From positions 7,192,001 to 7,256,000 of the forward strand of contig CP075494.1 of NCBI GenBank assembly GCA_021613535.1: 64,000 nucleotides of DNA. Direction: 5' to 3'. Shown one piece after another: positions 15,904 through 30,900 of this stretch. Both the position numbers and the translations under genes were made by a program. The notes beneath the pieces are model-generated. The model ran no database searches and was not told the DNA's origin. It was given only the letters and a program-made list of their open reading frames with translations. How positions within the stretch are numbered: position 1 is the stretch's first letter; every line of letters starts with the position of its first letter. The DNA comes from Adineta vaga (Eukaryota > Animalia > Rotifera).

Positions 15904-18833
15904 ATGGACTTGCCATGTTATACAAGTAATCTTTGAAAAATCAGTCTTTGATTTCTTCATAGTTTACGTTTTTTCTAGTTGATAGTTGTCTATTATCGAA
16001 TTTATGTTGGAATACAGAACGAGTATCTTATCATTTTCAACGTCGATCTCAAAATAATTCTTTTCGAACAAGTTTCGATTTTAAATCTTTTCTTCCAGTA
16101 CAATTGTCAGGAAATGTTAAAATTTCTCCATCATCATTAGAGTTCTATCCAATGACATTAAACATACTTGATCATGATGAGCAAAATGTCACATCTGCTG
16201 AAGAATCAGAAAATGAAATAGAATCGATATTATCACCGAAATTAGATCTCAATACTAATGATGAGTTTCTTATGAAACTTGCTGAATGGGATCCGAATAA
16301 TTATCAATCAAGAAGTGAAATAAATGATGATGATGGTGATGATGATGATGTAGATGATGATAATCATGAAAAAAAAGAAATCAAAGAAAGGATTCAAACT
16401 GATTTGATGAATTTATCCGAAACAGGTAGGAACGCTTTCAAAGAATAGCCTAGAATGAAAGTATAAAGAGCAAATTTTTGGTTTTTTTCATAGAAATACC
16501 AACAGCTGACGTTGACGACTTGTTCGTAATATATAGTCATTATCCCGTAAAAAGTGAACCTGTGATATACGCGGATACTTATATTGCTCTTCCACAATTA
16601 GATGGTCAAAATGATTTTTTGTTCAATTATGATTCTGTCAAAACTCAACGAGATAATCGAAATGCAAAACTAAATAAAGCTCTATCAAACAATAATATGA
16701 CAAAGAGCGATTCGTTAAAACAATCAGATATCTCTTCAAATAATATGAATACATCTCGTTATCCTGATGAAACAGTAAAACGATCACGGAAAAAGAAATC
16801 GGGTAAAGATATTAACCAATTCTCAAAAATCAAATACAGAATTTTGATTTATTTAGAATCTGTATGTACGCAACAGTCTTCTTCATTAAAATCAAATAAT
16901 TCTACACGTAAACTTCGAACATTGAGCGAACGTAAAATCAATACACTTCAGAATTACAATTTTACGGTTATGGAACAAAAGGTGACAACAGCAAATACCA
17001 CAAGTACATCCATAGTAATGAATAATTAACATCTTTGATATATCTAGAAATCTAGTTTATTCTCTACAGTCGCTAGATTCATCTGCTCAGACATCATTTG
17101 ATGAAATTAATCAACCATCATGTACAAAAAACCTTTCATCAAGCAAACGAAAACAACGAATGCCTCCGCTTCATAACGGAAAAACTATTCAAGATTATTT
17201 TAAAGTAACTAATCATCCCACTACTCAAGATACAATCAAACATTCTTCAAATGTTGAACGACAAGTACGACCAGAAAATTATTTTGATGGATGTATTTCC
17301 ATCGATGATGATGATGATGATGATGATATCGATATGGTTGACACACAAGAAATAGCATCAGAAAAGTAAATACTGAATGATTGATTTAAACTGTTGATAT
17401 TCATATATTCCTTTAGTTATTCAATTTCAACCGATATTCATACACGTGAAAAACTACTCGATCATTCAGTTCATTCATCTTCAATGCGCATGAAATGGTT
17501 ACGAAATCTAGAATTACTTTTACTCGAACATACATCTTTATGTTATCAGAAAAATATTTGTCCATCAAACGAATTCTATGATATTAATCCATCATTTATT
17601 TCAATAATAATCCTCAATTTTCTCAATATGTTTATTATAAGAGATTCTGATTATAGTGAAGACGAATTTTCTTTTCTTCAATTTAGTCTTACATCACATT
17701 TACGTTATTTATTACTCGATTTACCCACGTGCAATCATACCAATGAAATGAATTGTACTAAATGTCATGAATATTCTTTAATTCTACAAGAATTATTTGA
17801 TTTATTATTTGATTTAATTGAATATGATCTATGTGGAATAATGAATAAGAAAAAATATCGTTCGAAATTAATTGAAGAAGATTATTTCAATGAATTTATT
17901 GAACAAAAAACCAATACAACGAAGAAAACAAACAGATTCTTTCGTATTAAATTAGTTATTTATTTTATTGAATTAATTGAACTTCATCGAAGAAAATGTT
18001 CGTATAGAAATCAATTCGTTTTCCATCAGAATGAAGATAAAATCTTTCAATGGATTGAAGATTCTATTCGACAAATTGTTTATCAAGATAAACTTTGTTT
18101 TAATTTAACTCATAGGAAATTTTCCATTGTTTTCAATGTCATCGAATTATGCGTATTATTTTCTAATGAACGAATACATCGAATCAGACAAGTAGTTGTT
18201 TGTAGAAAAAAGTCTTTTGAAGAATTCTTTCTTTTTTTTGTTCAGATGGCTGTATTTTTAGCGAAGTTATGTGAAGAAAACCCAACATGTGTCAGTACAT
18301 TTTTATTCGATGAAAATTTATTGATTGATATTCGTTTATTATTAATAAATGAGTTCATTCGGTATAAATACAACAAGAAATTAATCTCAGTAGATGATAT
18401 TAACGAATTCTTTCATTGTGTTCAAGTAAGAAAATCTTCTTTTAATTTTACAATAATTTCTTTTTTTTTCTTTTGTAGAATGTAAGTATCAACGGTTTTG
18501 AGAGATAACGGAACTTTGAATGAGTATTTTAGCAAATTGATGATGAATCATTACTACTAATGAGAAGTTTATTCTCTACATTTGCTGATCTAATGATCGG
18601 TATGTTTAATAAACAATAGAAATCATCGTATTTCTTATTCTTTTGTAGAAATCAAAGATTTAAATCTGCCAATCTCGGTGCATTTCGAACAAATTACATC
18701 GATATTACGCAATCAACTCGATGTAATTTATTTCCAATTAACAAATCTTGCTCAAGAAACCAATGATAATAAACAAATTCAACGTAGTAAAATATTTTTT
18801 CGGTTACTCCACTTCAAATGGAAACAGTTATAA
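15904..18833 (+). CDS. Uncharacterised multi-exon protein: acidic/disordered N-terminal half, helical C-terminal half
   Basis: ORFs at 16104, 16478, 17160 and 17394 join in frame through GT-AG introns; terminal exon ends ...LLHFKWKQL*. Start codon uncertain. Confidence 0.75.
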
Positions 18834-19035
18834 TGTTTTATATTGTCAGATAGTTTCTTTTACGTATTCCGTTCCGGTGTCTTTTCTTTCTTTTCATATG
18901 AATGTACATAATACAGTTGATTAGATTGGTAAAACAAACGAAACCTTACGATATTCAGGAATTCTATTTTCTAATCATTTAATTTGTTTCATGTGGTAGC
19001 ATATTTTGTAGATATTTTCATTGCTCTAACCGTTG

Positions 19036-20104
19036 ATGTCAACAGTAATCATGATGACGTCTCAATTTAAAACCTTAGTCATTCTTGACCTTGAAACAAC
19101 TGGTTTAGTTTATGATGAACCAAAAATAACCGAATTAGCTATGATTGCTATTCCACTGTACGTTCATTTTCGATTCCTTTACTTTCATTTACACAAACGA
19201 CTTTTGTTTAGATCAACATTAGATCAGATGAGTTCCAATGAAGAATTACCTCGTGTTTTAGTAAATTTAATTGAAATATCATCTATTATTAATCCATTTT
19301 GTTTTATTAGAATAAATTTGTTAAATTTTTCAATCCAAGAAAAACAATTCATTCCAAAGCATCAGAAGTATCTGGTAACTATTTCAATAAAACTGTTTGA
19401 CTCTCAGTAAAGATTATTCTTTTAGAACTAGATAATGACATGTTAAATAACTATGCTCCTTTCAATCATGCAACTATCGTTGGAATGGAACATTTTCTAA
19501 GTAGCTTTCCAAAACCATTATGTTTTGTTGGTGAGAGATTTTGACAGTTTCAATAAATATTTGATTAGTTCGTAACATGTTTTCTTTAGCTCATAACGGT
19601 AATGTATTTGATTTTCCAATTCTATTCAAAGAAATTCAATCTACACTTTCTTCTAATCAAATCAGCTATTCATCATTAACAGAAATTGCATGTGTTGATT
19701 CACTTAATTTCTTTCGAGAAATTTATAAATTACTCAATGAAACAGAGAATATTGAAACTACACCATCGATTGATTTATCTCCATCGACAATCTCCACATA
19801 TCGTCGTGGATATGTTGAAATTCCCATCAAATCTGAATCTATACAACAAAAATTATCCATGAAACTTGTACAAATCTATGAACGTGAATTTAATCAATCA
19901 CCGCATTTCCAGGCTCATCGAGCTGAAGATGATTGTTTAATGCTCTTAGCTATTTTAAAACGTTATCTTCCTGATTGGCTTGAATGGATGGATCATCACT
20001 ATCAATCATTAAGTTCCTTTGCTTCTTTACCAAGAATTCCTCGAACACCAAAAATATTTTCGCCGAAAAATACTGTCAACATCAAACGGCCGTTAAAGTT
20101 TTAA
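19036..20104 (+). CDS. TREX1/2-like DEDDh 3'-5' exonuclease
   Basis: ExoI ILDLETTGL...PKITEL, LPRVL, ExoII PLCFVAHNGNVFDFPIL, ExoIII AHRAEDD; short introns. Confidence 0.9.
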
Positions 20105-20449
20105 ATTTACAGAAATAGAAATCAAACGAACGACAGCTGCATAGTGTTAATATGAAAACAAAAAAAAAGGAAAATCATGTCAAGAATAAGTATTCCTCTG
20201 TTATTTTCTTTCTTTTTCTTCGTTGTTTGTCATACTATTCATCGACATAATTGCGTTTTTTCATATTACTGTTGTAGCATTCCCTGTTTTTCTTCTATCT
20301 TCAATCGTTCGTAGACAACAAAAATCTTTTAAATTCTCCAGTTTACTTTTAGTCAACATTACCTTTTTTTTTCTTCCTACTGTTATTATTTTCTTTCCTA
20401 TGTTGTCATTGCACAATCATCACTAGACGGTTTCTTCAGAACTATATAA

Positions 20450-22221
<1,772 letters not shown>

Positions 22222-22344
22222 ATCCTGCCTTTTTTTGTCATAAAATTGAGTTTTAGCCATTCTCGTGTTTCTTCTATGTATCAAAGAATGAATATAATAA
22301 ATTTGCTTAAACTAACTTATCTTTCTAGAAATTGATTGTAAAAT

Positions 22345-23796
22345 ATGAATTTCGAAAGAAAAAATCAATTGGCTATTCAACATTTTGTTGAATACATTCA
22401 GATCAAAACCGTACAACCACAACCAGATTATAACGGAGCATTTGAATTTCTTAAAAATTATGCAAAAGAACTCAATCTAGAATATACAATCATTGGAATC
22501 GATGATGATCGACAGGCAGCCGTGTTAACTGTAGGTGATCTTGGTAATCTCCTTACTAATGTATATTTCTATCTGTATATGAATTAGTGGCCATCTTCAT
22601 CTAATACCAAATCAATTTTACTCAATTCGCATATTGATGTTGTACCAGTATTTGAAGAATGTTGGATGGTGCCACCGTTTTCAGGTGAAATTCTAGATGA
22701 GAAAATCTATGGACGAGGAACACAAGATATGAAATGGTAACCAAATTTCAAAGCAATTATTCTTTTTTAGAGGATATATATGTAGATTGATAACTTTTCT
22801 TTGAACGATGAGGAATCCAGAGAGTACCTTTTAAATAATATTTCAGTGTTGGTATACAATATCTCGAAGCGATTCGACGCTTAAAACATGCTAATTATGA
22901 ACCAAAACGAACAATTCATTGTTTGTTTGTTCCTGACGAAGAAATAGGTGGTGCACGAGGCATGAAAAGTTTGGTAAAACTAGATCAATTTCAAGCATTG
23001 AACATAGGCTTTGCTCTTGATGAAGGTATAAAGAAAACGAAAGCAAAAGGAAACAATCATCTTTTGTTTTTATTTTCGATTAGGTTTAGCAAGTGAAACT
23101 GATGTTTTTCAAGTTTATTATGGCAATCGATCTGGTCTTTGGATAGATTTTCTTCTGAAAGGTAATACAGGTCATGGATCACGCCTGATCGAAAATACTG
23201 CTGCTGAAAAAGCTCAATTTATAATCAATGAAATGTTATCCTATCGTAATCGAGAACAACAACGATTAGAACAAAATCAAACGAGTGATAAACCACTACA
23301 ATTAGGAGATATCATTACCATTAATTTAACGAAAATGTCCGGTGGTGTTCAAGTTAATGTTGTACCTGATCAATATACATTAACTTTTGATTGTCGCATT
23401 AGACCAGATGGTTATGATGAATTCAAAGAATTCTTAGCTGATTTAATACGACGAACACCGAAAGAAAATGAAGATGAAGTTCAACTTAGTTATTCGGCAG
23501 ATGATGGACCAGTTATACTAACAAATATCAATGAATCATCATGGTGGCTTACAAGTTTGAAACGTACATTTGAAGAAATGAATTGTAAAACAAATTGGAC
23601 AGTGTTTCCCGCTGGAACTGACAGTCGATTTTTACGGTATCTTGACTATCCAGCTATTGGCTTTTCGCCAATTATCAACACACCCGTACTACTACATGAT
23701 CATAATGAATATTTACCAAGAGAAGTTTTTCTTCATGGTATCGATATTTACGTTAAATTGATTGAAAATTTGACAAACGACAAATCATTCAGCTGA
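22345..23796 (+). CDS. ACY1: Aminoacylase-1 (M20 family)
   Basis: [90 protein letters not shown]. Confidence 0.95.
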
Positions 23797-24639
23797 GATA
23801 ATAATTCAAACTCAACCGATGTTGATTTTCACATGTGATTTTAACGAGAAATTGATAGAATCAACTATCAAATCTGCTACACTAAATTTTATTCCTGAAT
23901 AAAAATGAGATGATTATCAAACTAATCTAAATATATATATATATATATATCTATATATTTCTCATCTCATTGTTCATTCAGACATTCTTCATAGCATCTC
24001 AGCCAATGTAATCAGCAGTAAAATGCATTAAACTGACTAAAATCTTTTCTTCTCTTTCACCGATTCTTGCATGATATACATAACTTTTAGTTGAAAATTC
24101 TTAACGTTTTTTAATAGAATATTAATAATAGTTTCATTGTATAAAAAGTTAAAAGAATATTGTTTCCTTTTTTTTTATAATGATGCATTTCATGAGTGAA
24201 GAATTTGAATCCAAACCAGTCAACTGGTTAACATAATATAATAAATATTTTATGTGTGTAACAAAAAAAACAATTAGAAGTCATTATTCGATATTTGTCA
24301 GTGAATCGAATAAATAATGTTAAATATACACATTGTACTGAACACACATAGAATATGCGAAACTAGGGGAGAAAGAGAGAGAGAAACGAAAGAAGAAGAA
24401 GAAGAAGAGCAAAGCAAAGGCACTATATAAAAGAACAAAATAATTGGACAAAAGCTCGAGTCAATAGTTTGTATAAAACATTGACACATGGTAAGAAAGG
24501 TAAAGAAACGAAAACCAAGAGTATTCTTTCTTTTTTGAGATCAATCGATAACCTAATTATTGTTCTGTATGTAAAATGGAAAGAAAAAAAGATCTAGTAT
24601 CAGAAATGGATGTATCTGAAAAGCATATAAGCTTGCAAA

Positions 24640-27039
24640 TTATAAATCTTTTAATCGTCGATGTTTGTGTCGTGATGAATAACGTAAACCTATGTCTGTA
24701 CCCACTTCATCTATTGCTGCTAATGCCTATAAAAAAATTCGACAGAACGATATGAAGAAGAAGAAGAGAACTTATACATACAACATCAAGCATTTGTCGT
24801 GTATGAGCAGCAGATAAACAAAATCGAACACGAGCTTCCAATAGTTTTGTTGCTGGAAATCCAACAGTAACAACAGCAATACCACGACGTAACATTTCAC
24901 GATTGAAATGTGTTACACGTGCAGGTAAATAAAGTAACACAGGAACCACCGGAGAACTCTTATTCCCATAAACAATAAAACCCATATCTACTAACTTTCG
25001 TCGAAAATAACGTGCATTATCAGCTAATTGACAAATACGTTTTTTGCCTAGAAATATCAATAAATACATTCATTGATTGTTTTCATATCAAATTTACCTT
25101 CTGGACCATTAAGAATACGAAGAGAAGAAATAATTTGTTGTACAATAGGTGCTGACATACTCGATGCATAGATATTTGCATGAGAATGAATACGAATATG
25201 ATCAATAAGCGACTACGCAAAAAAGAATGAAACAGAATATTCAATCAAGCTTCTTTGAACAAATGAAAAATGATGTAGTCTACATTACATTCTTTATTCC
25301 AGATCATTAATCATATCTTACTTTTTTTCCTGCAATATAACCACCTGCTGATCCAAAACTTTTTGTAAATGTACCCATTAAGATATCCACATCATTAACA
25401 TTTGCATTAAAATAATCGATAATACCCCGACCATTTTTACCCGTAGCACCAATTGAATGTGCTTCATCCATATACAAATAAGCTTTATATTTCTTTTTGA
25501 GTTCAATCATTTGCGGTAAACGACAAATTGATCCTTCCATACTGAACAAAGAATTTTATTGCATATGAACATGATTTTTGCTGAAATTTTACAAACCTAT
25601 ATACACCTTCGACAACAATAATAATTTTTTTCCATGGTCGATTCGTTCGTGGATGACCATGAACAATTGCAGAACGTAATTTTGCTTCCAAATCATTAAT
25701 ATCTATTTGGAACGGTATATTAATTCAATTAATGAAATGAAAAGAAAATCCAAATTTACCATTATGTGCAAATGTTTGACAACAAGCACCGGAAAGACGC
25801 ATACCTATTATGAGTGATACATGATTCATTTCATCACTTAAAATTAAATCGCCCTAAGGTTAGAAAAACATTGCAAAAAGAAATCAAAAAAATGTTTCTA
25901 AATAAGACATACTTTTGATGCTATTGCTGGTAGATTTAATGCATTTGTTGCAAATCCCTATGAAGATAAAATAGATTGATAAATGAAACTTTTTGTTTTG
26001 AAAAATATATTTTTACCATGCCAAACACAATACAACTTTCAACGCCAAGAAATTCTGCTACCAATTGTTCAAGTTCAAGATGATAACGTTGAGTACCTAT
26101 CAAAAGATTTCAATTTATATAAATCATTTATTTTCATTATTATCATCCATCTGTTCTATGAATATGTTTCGTGAATGATTACTCATACGAAGACAATCAA
26201 TAAGTTTTGCACTTAAACAGAAAACCTGACATCTCAATGAAGCCAGACAGAATAAAGAAAGAAAAATACGATTATTAATGCAATACTCCCGAATATTTCC
26301 TTTTAAATAAACAAACAATTATTTTACCGATTTCAGATCTTGCACTACAATTAGATATTGAATATGCCTTTAGTCCATTAATAGCATCTGTTGCACATGG
26401 GCCCGTTTGTTCTGCAAAGCCCAAATAATTATATGAACCCAAATTGATCGCACTAATTGTTTTGCCTGTATATCTTAAGAACAAGCAAAATATATGTACT
26501 GGATGATTTTTGTTTTGTTTTGAAAAGACATACCTGTATGTCCAATTATAATCATCAGAAACTCGTTCCGTTAATTCAAACTGTGAACCAGGTACACTAG
26601 CAATAGGACGGTTAAAAATGTCACGAACACGTGTATACATATTTCGTGTATAAAAAGATTCATAACTTTGATAGAGTGGAACGAACCCCTGGAAAATAAT
26701 TAATGAAAATTTCTCAATTAAACAATCATTTCAGTTAACATACCAATAAAGCATTAGGATCAACAGCGCCACGTTTCTTCTCAATATTTGATTGTCGTAA
26801 AAAATCTCGTAACCAGCCAAATAAACAAAGTATAGAATAACTAAGATACGTTAAAACAGCTGCATAAAGTGGTGTTTCTTCAAACTCTTCACATTGGAGA
26901 TCATCATCATTATCAGTAGGAATATTATTCGTATTTACTCCAATATCTTTGGTAATCTAAAAAACGAAAAATGTATGAAAAAAATCATGTTATTGGAAGT
27001 GTTTTATATAATTACTTTCGAAAAGATGGTACCCGTCAT
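24640..27039 (-). CDS. SPTLC2: Serine palmitoyltransferase catalytic subunit (LCB2 type), multi-exon
   Basis: [46 protein letters not shown]-lysine motif [14 protein letters not shown]...[10 protein letters not shown]; ends HRRLKDL*. Confidence 0.95.
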
Positions 27040-27500
27040 TTGAATTTTTGATTTCCAATGCACTGAATAGCAATACTAGAATGTGAAAAAAAAGTTATTA
27101 ATTGCAATTATTGTAATGAACCAACAGCGTGCTTCTATTTCTCTTTTTTTTTGTTGAGTATGGTTGTCATCAACATTGAGTAGGAAGACAAACGAGAGAA
27201 AGGTGAGACCATTAAAAAAAGTAATGATATAATGGAGGTAGAAAAAAGAGAAAGAAAGAAGGAAAGAAAAGTTCTCTGTGTCAGATACCGGGAAATAGAA
27301 GATGAATATCTTTTTTATTCAATGAATAGTTGAGACATACATTTATTTCATTTGTGAAATCGGCAGCAGATTTAAACAAGCAAAAAATACAGATGACTCA
27401 TAAATAATGGCGAGATGTGACCATCCCAGAATCGGACCATATACGATCATCATACATTCACTGTGGAGCGAACGTGTGTACTTTTGCCCTGTCGAGATAT

Positions 27501-27560
27501 AGAGAGGAAGGGAGGAAGGGAGGAAGGGAGGAAGGGAGGAAGAGAGGGAGAGAGGGAGAG
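27501..27560 (+). repeat. (GGGAGGAA)n polypurine tract between divergent SPTLC2 and NOL6
   Basis: GGG-AGGAA-GGG-AGGAA-GGG-AGGAA-GGG at 27510-27536 inside a 60-nt pure purine run. Confidence 0.85.
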
Positions 27561-27950
27561 CGAAAAAAAATAAATTCTTCTATTCTCTTCGTTTTTCTTT
27601 CCTGTTTTATCATGATGTATTTTGTTTGGTTTTGTTCTGTTCTTTTACTTAGAAAAAAAGAAATAGATACATATGATAATAATAAAAAAAAATGAATCAT
27701 TTCAAAAGAAGGAAAGGGAAGAGAATACGAAAAAGCTGACTGATCATTTCTATTCTTTAGTCAATAGAGGTCGTTTCTTCTCAAAAGGAATCTTACACCT
27801 TAGTTATGATTTGTTCATTTGTACGCCAGTACATTCTCTTTAAATGAAAATGAAGAAAATCGCTTGCTTCGAGAGGAAAATGTACCAGGATGAATTATGT
27901 TCATTCATTTGAATAAGAAGGTTGATTTTGTATTTTCAAAGGAATTCTAG

Positions 27951-30900
27951 ATGGAAGTATTAAAACGTAAAACAAATGGTCTATCGTCTACAAATGGACA
28001 TGGGCAAAAGAAAAAGAAGAAAGTCAAACATCTCGAAGATCAAGATGTCGAAACAGCATATTTCGAATCAGAAATAGTTTACCATTCAACTGTAACTAAA
28101 ATGAAAGTATGTATTGATTAATTTTTCAAGAAATGAACAAAATGTCTTATTTCTATTCGAGGTTAACTCATTGTTGAATGAAGTAACATTAAAAGAACAT
28201 CAACGTACTGAAATCGATGGATTTATTGAAGAAATATCCAATGAACTCAGATCAATTCCTCAGGGCAAAGTTCGAGAAGTAAATTTCATTATCTTTCTTT
28301 CCTTGTTTTTTGAACATCTGTTTCTCATGAATTTAGTTATCAAACATGTCGGAATGGTTGGAAAAATTCGATATTAAAATACCATTATCATTTTCAAAAA
28401 TGGAAAAATCATTTCAATTTCTTCCACCGACGATTATTCAATCAATTGGTTCATATACATACGATGGTTTAATTGTTAAATCATCAAATCAAATATCAAC
28501 AATTGTAGATTTACTCGTCGAAATTCCTCATATTTGTATTCATAAGAAAGATTATCTCAATAATGAATATATCGAAAAACGTGCTATTTATATGTGTTAT
28601 TTAGCTAAAAAATTAAAATATCCATTAGAATTTGCACATTTGAATGATACAACATTAAATCAAGCCGTTTTATTAGTTAAACCAAAAGGTAAGAAAGATA
28701 ATTTCCGACATTTTAATTCGATCAAATTCTTCGTAGAAACATCAACATTTGCAATTCGAATATTACTGGCACCGGAACAGAATTATTTCAATGAAAAACG
28801 TCTGTTACCTACATCAAGTAATCTTCGTTGGAATTGGTTTCATGATATCAAACAAGACAATGAACCATTCTATCCAACACCAAATTATAATTCATCGATC
28901 TTAGTCGATTGTCGACATCGAGCAACATCAGATTATTTACATAAAATCTTTTCATCATCAAAAGAATTATGTAATGGATTGAAATTATTTAAAATCTGGT
29001 TAGAACAACGACAATTATCCTACGTAATAAGAATGAAGATGTTATTAAATGAGAAGATCGAAGATAAATTGTTTATTTAGGGTTTTGCTTCATTTCAAGG
29101 AGCTATGGCAGCATTTTTCGTAGCTTACTTATTGAAAATGAATAAAATAACTCGACAAATGAATAGTTATCAAGTTTTTCGAATCATTTTAGTAGCATTA
29201 AGTAAGTTAAATTCAAGTATTTCTACGAAAGGATCTCATTTTTCTATTTAAATTCAAGTGGAAAACGATTTTCTATCAACTGAATGTTGTTCATTATCGA
29301 ATGAGAAGGTTTCCGAAAATGTGTTTGATCAAGATGATTGTGTTCTTATTGATCAATCTGGTGTACTCAATGTTTTTCATACATTAACTCGAGCGACATA
29401 TACCCGAGTAAGAAAAACTAAAAACGAACTTCAATTTCTATATCATTATTCATTTTTAGTTAAAACATGAAGCTCGTGTTTCTTTGAATTCTTTCAATGA
29501 TCCAGTGATTGATCATTTTCAAACTCTCTTCATGATCTCAATGAAGCCAATCTATAGTATGGATGCAATTATTCAGTAAGTATATCATCTTTTGTGGAAC
29601 TCACATCTATTTTTCAAATCCCTAACAGACAGAGTTTTCATTCATTCATTCATTATCTCTTAGAATTTCTTCTCTTGATCAATATGATCAACTTCTGGAA
29701 AAAGATTCAAATAAAAATCAACTCTTTATGGATAATCTTAACAATAAACATTTTCTTCTTTGTCAACAAATTCTTCATCTCCTTGAAAATGGTCTCAAAG
29801 AACGTATCAGTTTACTTTGTCCTTTACCATCAGCAATAAAAACTGTAAGTATCTTATCTTTGTTCTCTTTTCATTTTTCGTCTATGAATATCTTGCGGTA
29901 CACTGAGAGTAAGAGAAAGAAATGGAAAATGAACTTCTATTAAAATTTCAAAAAGTATCCAAGATCTATCATGAACAATTTCATACATCATCGATTCATG
30001 CACATAATCAAGAATATCTTATGTTTCTTGATGATCAACTTAATCAATGGAAAAAGCAAACAATTGAACAAATCGAAAATTTTATTCAAGAAAAATCGAA
30101 AGAAATTCGAGAAATTTATCAAAAATATTACACAGAAGTCAATAAACAATATTTAACAATTCGTGAACAAATTCAAACAAATAATATTTCATTCGATCTT
30201 AATGATCAAATGGATTATTTACAGATTTATTCACAATTAAATTCATTCGAAAAACGCTTACAATTGAATACGAATTTATTTACAACAAATCAACTGAATG
30301 AAAAAATTAAATTAGATTATGCACATTATCGACAATTAACGACAAAAACAACGATTTATCCTTTAAAAGAAATGATTCAAAAGAAATTACCCGTCATAAT
30401 TGATACACGCTTATCATTTACGAAAAAACCAATAAAACATATTCAACCAATACAACAATGGATACTTAAATCAATACCTAGTACACCCATTGGATCATGT
30501 GAATATTCTTTAGAAAATTCGGCAAGTCTTCCGATTCTAATTGCAAAAAATTCCGAAATGTCAACTGCAAAAGAAAAACTAACTGAATATGTAATTGATT
30601 CATTATTTCTACCTGAACTTACTCAATCCATTTCATCGCATGAGGATAGTAAAACATTAATTCGTTCGTATAAATCTTTACTAACCAATGAACATCTTTC
30701 TCCAACGAATCATTCAACAATCATGTTCACGCAATGTGAAACAGAATACAATTGTCTAGCAAGTTCAACAAAACGTAATGAATTGATTATTTACAATTCA
30801 AAATTAAATATTCTTCTCATCATTCAATACGAAGATAATAAACAACATTGTCTTCAACGTTTATATCTTCAATGGCCATTACATTTAAGTACACATCTAA

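Noticed and set aside
29900-29943. NOL6-nested ORF fusion by -1 frameshift or alternative acceptor
   Set aside because: No canonical slippery heptamer; the in-frame acceptor is a weak GAG lying downstream of other AGs.
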